From assembly GCA_963786105.1 (NCBI GenBank), contig CAWAXX010000018.1, positions 32,001 through 96,000 on the forward strand: a stretch of DNA of 64,000 nt. Direction: 5' to 3'. Source of the DNA: Vulcanimicrobiota bacterium. Lineage in GTDB: Bacteria; Vulcanimicrobiota; Vulcanimicrobiia; Vulcanimicrobiales; Vulcanimicrobiaceae. The notes beneath the pieces were generated by a model. It did no database searches, was not told where the DNA came from, and worked only from the letters and a program-made list of their open reading frames with translations. Positions 39,164-47,771 of the stretch are shown here, in pieces; position 1 is the first letter of the stretch; the number at the start of each line of letters is the position of its first letter. The position numbers were made by a program, and so were the translations under genes.

Positions 39164-40236
39164 CGCCGGCCACCTTCGTGTCGCGTCAATAGCATCGCGT
39201 CGCCGAAGGAAAAAAAGCGGTAGCGGCGCTCGACCGCCGCGGCGTAGGCGCGCAGGATGCGCTCGCGCCCGGCAAAGGCGCTCACCAACACCAGCAACGT
39301 CGATTTCGGCAAATGAAAGTTCGTGATCATAGCGTCGACGATTTTAAAAGGGAAACCGGGCGTAATGAACAGATTCGTGCGCCCTTCTCCGGCCGCGACC
39401 TTCCCGCGATCGTGGATGCTACCTTCGAGCGCGCGGACGACGGTCGTCCCGGCCGCCACCACTCGACGGCCCTCGCTGCGCGCGCTTTCGATGGCGCCGG
39501 CGGCCTGGGGCGAAATGACGTACGATTCCGCATGCATCGCGTGATCGTCGATGCGTTGCGTCGTCATCGGACGAAACGTTCCCAGCCCCACGTCGAGGGC
39601 GATGCGTGCCGTCTCGACGCCTGCGCATTGGATACGGTCGAGCAGCTCCGGCGTGAAGTGCAGCGAGGCAGTCGGCGCGGCGACGCTGCCGGGAACGCGC
39701 GCGAACACGGTTTGATAGCCGCGCTGCGCCTCTGCCGAGTCGCTGCGAACGTACGGCGGGAGCGGCAGTTTGCCGGTTCGCGCGAGAAACGTCTCGAAGG
39801 GCTCCGTCAACGTGAATTCAACCTCGCGGGCACCGTCGTCGAGCTCAGCCCGAATCACCGCTTCGACGCCGCCGTCGAACTCCAGGCGCGCGCCCTCGCG
39901 AAGCCGGCGGCCGGGACGCGCGAGCGCGATCCAGCGCAGGGCATCGGAGCGGTAACGCTCGGATTGCGCCGGTTGGAGCAACAGCAACTCGGCGCGCCCC
40001 CCGGTCGGCCGTCGCCGGCCGACGAGCCGCGCCGGAATGACGCGCGTTTCGTTGAGCACGAGAAGATCGCCCGGCCGCAAGTAACGCGGCAGGTCGGAAA
40101 AGACCGCATCGTCGTCGCGCTGGGGTCCGACCACCAGCAGCCGGCTTGCGTCGCGCACTGCCGCCGGCTTCTGCGCGATCAGTTCGGGAGGCAGTTCGTA
40201 GGAGTATGCGTCGCTGTCGCGCTCGCCGGCCGTCAG
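39160..40236 (-). CDS. queA: S-adenosylmethionine:tRNA ribosyltransferase-isomerase; probable CTG start
   Basis: LPPELIAQ, N.TRVIPARL, PLPPY, YQTV, AAPTASLHF, TNFHLPKSTL, FFSFGDAM. Confidence 0.95.
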   Translation of the reverse strand: MTAGERDSDAYSYELPPELIAQKPAAVRDASRLLVVGPQRDDDAVFSDLPRYLRPGDLLVLNETRVIPARLVGRRRPTGGRAELLLLQPAQSERYRSDALRWIALARPGRRLREGARLEFDGGVEAVIRAELDDGAREVEFTLTEPFETFLARTGKLPLPPYVRSDSAEAQRGYQTVFARVPGSVAAPTASLHFTPELLDRIQCAGVETARIALDVGLGTFRPMTTQRIDDHAMHAESYVISPQAAGAIESARSEGRRVVAAGTTVVRALEGSIHDRGKVAAGEGRTNLFITPGFPFKIVDAMITNFHLPKSTLLVLVSAFAGRERILRAYAAAVERRYRFFSFGDAMLLTRHEGGRR

Positions 40237-41237
40237 TCGCGTCCCATCTCCGTTCCGGGAAAATAGAATGCCACGATGTCGCGCGCGCTGCGGCCGGTTT
40301 GCGCCATCCCCCGCGCACCCCATTGACACATCCCCACGCCGTGACCCAAGCCTCCACCGTCAATCGCGACCGAGGCGGAAGACGCGTCGCCGCGCAGGCC
40401 GGTGATGAGCAAGCTTCGTACGACTCTGGGACCCAGCCCCAGACGAAACGCACTGCCCTTGACGAGCGCGCTGCCGCGATCGGCGATCAGCTCGAATGCG
40501 CGCGCGCGCCCGCTAGCGTCGAGTTCGGTGACGCGCACGCTCTGGAGTATTCCGGCGGCAGGCAGTTGCGAGCCAAAACGCTGCGCGATCTCCGAGAGCG
40601 CCACCGTCGCCGTCCAGCGGTAGTTCGGCGACTGCGTGCAGTAGGGGCAGACGACCCCGGCGAGATACGGAAAGAACTCGCCCCCCCAAGCGTCCGCCGA
40701 CGCCTCGGTGTGTCCGCCGCAACACGACGAGTAGGCGACGCTCGCGTACGCGTTTCCAAAACGCAGGACTTGACCGGCGGTCACGTCGACGGCCAAACGG
40801 CCGGCGGGCGACTCTGCCGAGACTCCCCCGTAGACCTGGTCGGCTTCCGACGGAACCAAATCGTACGCGCGCCGCGGGTTACTGCGCTGCAGCACGTAGG
40901 TCCGCGCGCAAATTGCCTGCGCCTGCAAAGCCGCCGGCGGCCACGACGGCGGCATCTCGTGCGGAACAACCGAGTACAGATACTGTTCGAGATCGACGAC
41001 GTTGACAATGCTGCCGTCGGGCTGTCGTACGAACGTTCCGCGGTACGCGCGCCCGTTGAACGAAAACCCGTTGCCGCCGCGATCCGGCACCGCATCGCCG
41101 GGGCCAAGGAGCACCCGCAACGCGGGCGCCGCGCTGCCGCTTGCAGGGTCCGCATCTGTCTGCGCACGCGCGCCGTACGGATACGCGGCGGCGGCCGCCG
41201 TCAGCGCCACGAACCTCGCGCGGCGCATCGGCGTCAC
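40233..41237 (-). CDS. SpoIID/LytB-domain lytic transglycosylase-like protein
   Basis: LEQYL.SVVP.EM, ALQAQAI.ARTY, DQVYGG, GHGVGMCQWGA. Confidence 0.9.
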   Translation of the reverse strand: MTPMRRARFVALTAAAAAYPYGARAQTDADPASGSAAPALRVLLGPGDAVPDRGGNGFSFNGRAYRGTFVRQPDGSIVNVVDLEQYLYSVVPHEMPPSWPPAALQAQAICARTYVLQRSNPRRAYDLVPSEADQVYGGVSAESPAGRLAVDVTAGQVLRFGNAYASVAYSSCCGGHTEASADAWGGEFFPYLAGVVCPYCTQSPNYRWTATVALSEIAQRFGSQLPAAGILQSVRVTELDASGRARAFELIADRGSALVKGSAFRLGLGPRVVRSLLITGLRGDASSASVAIDGGGLGHGVGMCQWGARGMAQTGRSARDIVAFYFPGTEMGRD

Positions 41238-42328
41238 AGCAAGCGTTCCTGAACCGAAGCTCGGACCGCTATGCCGAGATGACGATATGCCTCCGGAGTG
41301 GCGCGGCGGCCGGATGCCGTTCGGGTCACGAAACCCTGCTTGAGCAGGTACGGCTCGACGACGTCCTCCAGCGTTTCAGCATCTTCGGTGAGCGTCGCCG
41401 CAATCGCGCCGATGCCGGCCGGTCCTCCGCGATACTGCTCGACGATCGTTCGCAAAAACGCGCGGTCCAAGCGGTCCAAACCAAGTTCGTCGACGCCTTC
41501 GCGCTGCAAGGCTTCCTCGGCCACTTCGGCCGTGATGCGACCGCCGGCGCGCACTTCCGCAAAGTCACGCACGCGGCGCAGCAACCGGTTGGCGATGCGC
41601 GGCGTTCCGCGGCTGCGACGCGCGATCGTCGCCGCGCCGGTATCGTCGATCGGCACGGCCAGCACGCCGGCCGAACGGTGAAGAATTCGCTCCAGCTCTT
41701 CGGGCCCGTAGTAATCCAAGTGATGCACGATGCCGAACCGTTCGCGCAACGGGGCCGTCAACATCCCGGCGCGCGTCGTCGCGCCAACCAGCGTAAAGCG
41801 TTTGAGCGGCAACTTCAGCGTCTTTGCATAGGCGCCGCGATCGACAACGAAGTCGATTTGAAAATCCTCCATCGCGGGATAGAGAAACTCTTCGACGACG
41901 CGGCCCAGGCGGTGGATCTCATCCACGAAAAATACGTCGCCTTCCTCGAGCGCGGTGAGAATCCCGACCAGATCCTTCGGTTTCTCGAGCGTAGGGCCAC
42001 TCGTTGGGCGAAAATTCGCACCTAACTCGCGCGCAATCAGTCCGGCCAGCGTGGTCTTTCCAAGGCCGGGCGGACCGTAGAAAAGCACGTGCTCGAGGGG
42101 TTCCCCGCGACGACGAGCGGCATCGATGGAGATGCGAAGGTTTTCGACGACCGTTTCCTGACCGACGTAGTCCTCGAAAGTGCGCGGCCGCAGGCTCGCA
42201 CCGTAAACCTCGTCCTCGAGCGTATCCTGCGGGTCGACGACGCGATCGGGCACGTCGAACCCGGTGCCCGGCGCATCGCGAACGTCGTCCGGACCGAGCA
42301 GACGCTTGCGCGCGTTGCCTTCGCTCAT
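41234..42328 (-). CDS. ruvB: Holliday junction helicase RuvB
   Basis: LRP....Y.GQ, GPPGLGKTT, DEIHR, GATTR, RGTPRIANRLL. Confidence 0.97.
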   Translation of the reverse strand: MSEGNARKRLLGPDDVRDAPGTGFDVPDRVVDPQDTLEDEVYGASLRPRTFEDYVGQETVVENLRISIDAARRRGEPLEHVLFYGPPGLGKTTLAGLIARELGANFRPTSGPTLEKPKDLVGILTALEEGDVFFVDEIHRLGRVVEEFLYPAMEDFQIDFVVDRGAYAKTLKLPLKRFTLVGATTRAGMLTAPLRERFGIVHHLDYYGPEELERILHRSAGVLAVPIDDTGAATIARRSRGTPRIANRLLRRVRDFAEVRAGGRITAEVAEEALQREGVDELGLDRLDRAFLRTIVEQYRGGPAGIGAIAATLTEDAETLEDVVEPYLLKQGFVTRTASGRRATPEAYRHLGIAVRASVQERLL

Positions 42329-42954
42329 ACGCGTTCCTTCGACGCTTTGCGGCGGTAAATCTCCGCCAGCAGCCGTTCGGCATCGCCGATCTGTGGATCG
42401 GCTTCGAGCGTTTCGCGAATCATCGCCTCGGCTTCGGCGCGCTTGTACTCGAGTTGCAGTAACACGGCCATCGCCTCGGCGGCGAAATCCGGAATAACGG
42501 TGACCGGAACGGGCGGTGCGTCCTTGATCAGTAAGAACTTCGCGACCTTGCCCTGCAGCTTGGCAACGATGTCGCGAGCCTTCTGCTGGCCGATGCCCGG
42601 CAGCGTTTTTAAATACGCGTGGTCGCCGCGGTCGATGGCCCGCGCAATGGCCGACATCGGCTGCGAAAACGCGCGCGCAGCCGAGCGCGGACCGATCGAC
42701 GCCACCGTGATGAGCGCTTCGAAGAATTCGCGCTCGATCGCATTCGTGAATCCGTAGTACGTGAACCGGCCGCTGTTGCCGTCCATGTTGAGCACGGCAT
42801 AGATTTCGAGTGCGACCGGAAGACCCGGCTCGGCCGGGATCTTGTCGGCGACGCAGGGTGGGAGCACGATTTCATAGCCCAGCCCCCCCGACTCGACGAT
42901 CGCCGCCTCGCCGGCGCGTTCGACCAGCGAACCGTGAATGCGGGAAAACGACAC
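42325..42954 (-). CDS. ruvA: Holliday junction branch migration protein RuvA
   Basis: G.GYEI, YGF...ER..F..LI.V..IGP, LPGIG...A; located between ruvC and ruvB. Confidence 0.92.
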   Translation of the reverse strand: MSFSRIHGSLVERAGEAAIVESGGLGYEIVLPPCVADKIPAEPGLPVALEIYAVLNMDGNSGRFTYYGFTNAIEREFFEALITVASIGPRSAARAFSQPMSAIARAIDRGDHAYLKTLPGIGQQKARDIVAKLQGKVAKFLLIKDAPPVPVTVIPDFAAEAMAVLLQLEYKRAEAEAMIRETLEADPQIGDAERLLAEIYRRKASKERV

Positions 42955-43526
42955 TAGGGGACCTCTGGCTTCCTTCGACTGCGCGCCTTCGGCGCGGAGC
43001 TCTGTCCTTCGACTGCGCTCGCTGCGCGAGCTCCGCTCAGGATAACACCAGAGCGCCCTGTCATGTTGAGAAACGCCAGCGCGAGCGCGAGCGCGTCGGA
43101 AACGTCCTCGGGTTTCGGCGCCGTACGCAGCCCGAGCAGGTGCGTCACCATGGCATTGACTTGCGCTTTCCGTGCGCTCCCGGATCCGACCAGCGCTCGC
43201 TTGACGCGTGCGTGTCCCAGGGTATATACCGCGATGCCGGCCTGAGCGGCCGCCAGGCACAGCACGCCGCGCGCGTGCGCCATCAATAGCGCCGTTCCGG
43301 GATTGCGATAGTTCGCGTACAGCTCTTCGATGACGATCGACTCCGGCTGGGTTTGCGCGATGACGTCGCTGATACCGGCGTGCAGCTCGCACAGTCGCCG
43401 CTCGAGGGTTTCGCCGGTCCGGGGCGCGACGATCCCGGCTTCGATCAGTCGCGTGCGCGAACGCACGCTCTCGATGACGCCGTAGCCGGTCGTGCGGAGC
43501 GCCGGGTCGATGCCGAGTATTCTCAT
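42954..43526 (-). CDS. ruvC: Crossover junction endodeoxyribonuclease RuvC with repeat-derived C-terminal tail
   Basis: ILGIDP...TGYG, E, ARGV, G.A.K.QV, D.SDALA.A. Confidence 0.94.
   Translation of the reverse strand: MRILGIDPALRTTGYGVIESVRSRTRLIEAGIVAPRTGETLERRLCELHAGISDVIAQTQPESIVIEELYANYRNPGTALLMAHARGVLCLAAAQAGIAVYTLGHARVKRALVGSGSARKAQVNAMVTHLLGLRTAPKPEDVSDALALALAFLNMTGRSGVILSGARAASAVEGQSSAPKARSRRKPEVP
42971..43046 (-). repeat. One full and one partial REP-like repeat inside the ruvC 3' end
   Basis: GTTATCCTGAGCGGAGCTCGCGCAGCGAGCGCAGTCGAAGGA followed by GAGCTCCGCGCCGAAGGCGCGCAGTCGAAGGA. Confidence 0.8.
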
Positions 43527-43537
43527 GGCGCGTGCAG

Positions 43538-45634
43538 CTATTGTGGCGGAGCGCCGTTGACGATCAACACGACGGCGGAGCCCGGACTCAACGTTGTTCC
43601 GACAGCCGGCTCGGTGCCGACGACGCGGCCACCGGCGCCGGCGGTGGTCGTAAGGCGCGTTTGGCCCACGCCGTACCCTGCGGCGGCCAGCGTGGCTCGC
43701 GCTTTGTCGACCGCCATACCTTCGGTATCCGGAACCTCACCCGGAACCGCGAGCGTGACGGCGATTACCGATCCTTGCGCGAGTTGGGTCGCCGCCGGGG
43801 GACTCTCGGCAACGATCGTGCCGTTGTTCGCACTGAGGACTTGAAACTGGACGGCGGCTCGGAAACCGGCGGCGACGATCGCGTCGATCGCCTCTTGATA
43901 GGGTTTTCCCACGACGCCGGGGACGGTGAGCGTCGTAACCGCCGCGGAAGTCGGCTGCGCGCCGGTTTGCGCGCCGGTGCTGACGACCGCGCTCACGCCG
44001 GCACCCTTCTGAACTTGCCCGCCGGGTGCCGGGTTTTGCGAGGCGATCGTTCCAGCCGGCACCCCGGTAACCGCCGCTTGTTGCGACGTGTCGAGCCGAA
44101 CTCCCAACTTCAGTGCAATCCCTTGCGCCTTCTCCGCCGACATTCCGACGAAGTTCGGCACCAACACCGGCTCGGCACCGTTGGAGACGATCAGCGTAAT
44201 GCGGCTGGCTTGGGGCACCTGCGCTCCGGCCTTGGGCCGTTGATCGATGACGTTGTCTTTGGCGCTGGTGTCGAACTTTCTCACCAGCGTCACGGCAAAG
44301 CCCTGCGCTTGCAGCGTTCGCTGCGCATCGAGCGCGGAGTAGCCCCGCACATCGAGCAGTCCCACCAACGGTTTTCCGTTGCTGATCACCAACTCGACCA
44401 ACGAGTCGCGCGCGACCTTGCTGCTCGGGAGCGGATTCTGGCGAATTACGTGGTTCGCGGCGACGGTGTCGCTCGGACTCTTGACGAATCGTACGCGCAA
44501 CCCGGCGTTTACCACCGCCTGCTGAGCCTGCGCGTCAGTCATGTTCGTATAGTCGGCTACCGCGATGGAGGAGCTCAAACTCGGCAGCGGCCGGCCGAAC
44601 AGGTAATATCCGACCGCGGTAGCTGCGAGCAAGAAGGCCGCCAACAACACCCACATCCACGGCCCACGGCGCGTGCGTTCGTCATCGCGTTCGTCGGCCG
44701 GTGCGAACGGACGATCGGGCAGCGGCGACCGGCGTGGCGGCAGTGCTCGGGTCGAGCGAAACGTTTGGGTCGGTGCGTCGTCAGCCAAACGGTAACCCGC
44801 CACACTTGGCCGCTCGCGCGCTTCGCGCAGCGCGGTGGCGAGCTCGCTCGCCGACGCAAACCGGTTTTCCGGGCCCTTCTGCAACAACTTGTTAACGATG
44901 GCGGCCAGCGCCGGGCTAACACCCAGGCCGCGCGTGTCGATGACCGGCACCGGGTCGCCGATGTGTTTGAGCGCGACCGTCACCGGCGACTCCCCCGCAA
45001 AGGGCAGTCTCCCGGTGAGCATCTGGTACAGCACGATGCCCAGGCTGTAGAGATCCGAGCTTTCGTGAAGCTCGTGGCCTTGCGCTTGTTCGGGCGAGAT
45101 GTAGTACACGCTGCCCATGACGAGTCCCGGTTTCGTAAGCGTCATGGTATGCGCCGACACGGCGCGCGCGATGCCGAAGTCCGAAAGCTTGACCACGTCG
45201 TCCTTGGTGACCAAAATGTTCGCGGGCTTGATGTCGCGGTGCAGCAAACCGGTGCGGTGCGCGTAAGCCAAGCCGCTTGCGATCTGGGCGGCGTAGTCGA
45301 GCGCGACCGGCTCCGGCAGCTTGCCGTCGGCCGCGATGATCTCGGCGAGCGACGGTCCGTCGACCAGCTCCATCACGATGAAGTAGGTGTCGCCCTCGCG
45401 CCCGACGTCGTACGTATTGACGATGTTTGGGTGCGAAAGACGCGCCGCCGACTCGGCTTCCTGATAGAAGCGCCGGACGAACTCCTGGTCGGCCGCATAT
45501 TGCTCCCGCAACACCTTGATCGCAACGCGCCGGCGCAGCACCGTGTCGGTGCCGCAGTACACGGTCGCCATGCCCCCTTCGCCGAGTTTGCTGTCGAGGC
45601 GGTAACGGTTGTTAAAAATCCGTTCGTCGATCAA
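43538..45634 (-). CDS. pknB: PASTA-domain Ser/Thr protein kinase
   Basis: GEGGMATVY, VAIK, HRDIKPAN, DFGIA, SPEQ, TM helix, multiple PASTA repeats; TTGA overlap start. Confidence 0.93.
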   Translation of the reverse strand: MIDERIFNNRYRLDSKLGEGGMATVYCGTDTVLRRRVAIKVLREQYAADQEFVRRFYQEAESAARLSHPNIVNTYDVGREGDTYFIVMELVDGPSLAEIIAADGKLPEPVALDYAAQIASGLAYAHRTGLLHRDIKPANILVTKDDVVKLSDFGIARAVSAHTMTLTKPGLVMGSVYYISPEQAQGHELHESSDLYSLGIVLYQMLTGRLPFAGESPVTVALKHIGDPVPVIDTRGLGVSPALAAIVNKLLQKGPENRFASASELATALREARERPSVAGYRLADDAPTQTFRSTRALPPRRSPLPDRPFAPADERDDERTRRGPWMWVLLAAFLLAATAVGYYLFGRPLPSLSSSIAVADYTNMTDAQAQQAVVNAGLRVRFVKSPSDTVAANHVIRQNPLPSSKVARDSLVELVISNGKPLVGLLDVRGYSALDAQRTLQAQGFAVTLVRKFDTSAKDNVIDQRPKAGAQVPQASRITLIVSNGAEPVLVPNFVGMSAEKAQGIALKLGVRLDTSQQAAVTGVPAGTIASQNPAPGGQVQKGAGVSAVVSTGAQTGAQPTSAAVTTLTVPGVVGKPYQEAIDAIVAAGFRAAVQFQVLSANNGTIVAESPPAATQLAQGSVIAVTLAVPGEVPDTEGMAVDKARATLAAAGYGVGQTRLTTTAGAGGRVVGTEPAVGTTLSPGSAVVLIVNGAPPQ

Positions 45635-47037
45635 CTCCCAACGTTCTCCAACGCGGTTCGCAGCACGTCGCGCGCGATCGGCGCAGCGTAGGTCGCTCCA
45701 TAACCGACGTTTTCTACGACGATCGCCACTGCGACGCGCGGCTGCTCGGCCGGCGCAAAGCAGACGAACCACGAGTGCGAGCGTCCCAGCGGATTAGTCG
45801 CGGTGCCGGTTTTGCCGGCAACCGTAACGTGCGGCAGTTTTGCCGGCGTCCCCGTTCCGCGTTCCACGACGGCGATCATCATCTGCGTAACGTTCGCGGC
45901 GGCTTGCGCCGATACCGGGTTAGCCAACGCGCTGGAGGAATAGACGCTTGCCGGCGTGCCGTTGCGAACGACCTGGCGCACGATGAACGGCCGCGGCTCG
46001 ACCCCGGCGTTGGCCACCGTTGCTCCGATCAAGCCCATCTGCAGCGGCGTCACGAGCAGCGCACCCTGGCCGAAGCCCATCTGCGCGAGTTCGCCCGGGA
46101 CGATGCCGGCCTGCGGCGGCACGGCCGCTCGCTGGGCCGGGAGCTGGAAATCCAGCGAGTCGCCGATGGCGAAGCGCTGGAGATATTGGTAGAAGCCGTC
46201 GACGCCAAGCTTCAGCGCGATCTGTGCGAAATCGACGTTGCTCGAAAGTGCGAATGCGGTCGTGAGATTCTGATAGCCGGTCGCTTCGCTCTCGTTATCG
46301 TGCAGCGTATAGTTTCCGATCACCAGATATCCCGGATCCTCGAAGTGCGAATCCATGGTAACCGTACCGTTGTCCAGCGCCGCCGACGCCGTAAAGATTT
46401 TGAATGTCGACCCGGGCGGATAGAGACCGTCCAGGGCACGATTGAGCAGCGGGCTGTGCGGGTCGGTCGTGAGCGAGGCAAACTCGGCGTCGACGTCGTT
46501 GGGATCGTAACTCGGGACGCTGGCGACGGCCAGCACGGCGCCGCTGCGCGGATCGAGCACGACACCAGCCGCACGCGGGTACTGCGAGAGCATGGCGTAG
46601 AGTTGCTGCTGTATAGCCGGAACGATGGTGGTGACGACGTCGGCGCCACGCGAGATTAGCGACTCACCGCGCAAGGCCGCGCGAATCTCGGCGGCTTGGG
46701 CGACTGGGTCGCCGGTCGTATCGGGCGGCGTGAGTGCCCGGTCGAACGCGTCTTCGATGCCGCTGGTTCCGAACCGCACCGATACGTAACCGACCGTTTG
46801 TGCCAGTGCCGCCCCCATTGGATACGCGCGCGATCCGCCCGCGCTCTGCGCGAGCACGGTACCGTCGGTCGCTAGAATGCGGCCCCGGTACGCGTCGAGC
46901 AAGGCGTGCCGCGGATTGCCCGGCTTAGCGGCGATCGCGGCGGCGCCGATGACCTGCACGTAGACTTGGCGCGCCGCCAGCGCCAAAAAAAGCAGGACGA
47001 AGATCGTCGCCAAACCCCGGATCGTGCGATTGGTCAC
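45631..47037 (-). CDS. Class B penicillin-binding protein (PbpA-like)
   Basis: RGRILATDG, YPPGSTFK (SxxK), SSN (SxN), KTGTA. Confidence 0.92.
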   Translation of the reverse strand: MTNRTIRGLATIFVLLFLALAARQVYVQVIGAAAIAAKPGNPRHALLDAYRGRILATDGTVLAQSAGGSRAYPMGAALAQTVGYVSVRFGTSGIEDAFDRALTPPDTTGDPVAQAAEIRAALRGESLISRGADVVTTIVPAIQQQLYAMLSQYPRAAGVVLDPRSGAVLAVASVPSYDPNDVDAEFASLTTDPHSPLLNRALDGLYPPGSTFKIFTASAALDNGTVTMDSHFEDPGYLVIGNYTLHDNESEATGYQNLTTAFALSSNVDFAQIALKLGVDGFYQYLQRFAIGDSLDFQLPAQRAAVPPQAGIVPGELAQMGFGQGALLVTPLQMGLIGATVANAGVEPRPFIVRQVVRNGTPASVYSSSALANPVSAQAAANVTQMMIAVVERGTGTPAKLPHVTVAGKTGTATNPLGRSHSWFVCFAPAEQPRVAVAIVVENVGYGATYAAPIARDVLRTALENVGS

Positions 47038-47771
47038 GTCGCGTCGCTCTTTTCCCGTAAGACCGTGTAGCCTCCGTCGGTCCGCACCGCGAGGTGCGAA
47101 CGCCCCGAGTCCGCGTCGAGCAAGACGTTAATGGTGGAACGGGCCGTGTTTTCGTCAACCGCATTGACGGCTAGCACGACTTCCACCCCGCTTTCGTGCA
47201 GCAACGGGGGCGCGACGTATGCGGCCGACGGCAGCGTTGCGAAGTGGCGTTGCTCGTAGGCACCGTTGCGCCACGGACCACGGCGGCCGAACACTTGGGC
47301 GTGATAATCCCACGCACACAGCTGCTTCTCTTTCCAAACGAACTCGTCGCGCACGCACAAGCGCCGGCAGGCGGCGCACTGCACGACCGGGGCCGGCGCG
47401 TGTGCGAGCGCATCGGCGATCTCCTCGGGAAGGTCTTCGATGTTGAGCACGCTCTCTTCGCTGACGGACTGCGGAAGCGGCGCCTGCCAACCGATACGGG
47501 CCAGCAGCTCGATGTCGCGCATCGGTGCGATGAATGCGCGCTCGTCCTCCGGCGGAAAGGTACGGTCGATCCAGTCGAGCAGTCCGGCGAGCGCGATGCC
47601 GGCGTTCTGCCAAGCGTCGCCGATCACGACTCCGGCGGGCGTCCACGCAACGGGAATTAGGCGCGCGGTGATCGCGCCGCCTTCGGTGACGAAGCTGTTG
47701 ACCACCGCCAGGGTGCTGGCGTTACCGCCTAGCGCGAACACCCGCGGCGTTTCGCGTAAATCGACGGCTAG
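47034..47771 (-). CDS. Hypothetical protein with a putative Zn-binding motif; start uncertain (CTA 47771 or GTG 47738)
   Basis: Fills the carB-pbpA gap; [15 protein letters not shown]. Confidence 0.7.
   Translation of the reverse strand, partial: LAVDLRETPRVFALGGNASTLAVVNSFVTEGGAITARLIPVAWTPAGVVIGDAWQNAGIALAGLLDWIDRTFPPEDERAFIAPMRDIELLARIGWQAPLPQSVSEESVLNIEDLPEEIADALAHAPAPVVQCAACRRLCVRDEFVWKEKQLCAWDYHAQVFGRRGPWRNGAYEQRHFATLPSAAYVAPPLLHESGVEVVLAVNAVDENTARSTINVLLDADSGRSHLAVRTDGGYTVLREKSDAT

Noticed and set aside
43532..45691. Long antisense ORFs (e.g. 719 aa opposite pknB, 436 aa opposite carB)
   Set aside because: Shadow frames expected from high-GC codon usage; no recognisable motifs
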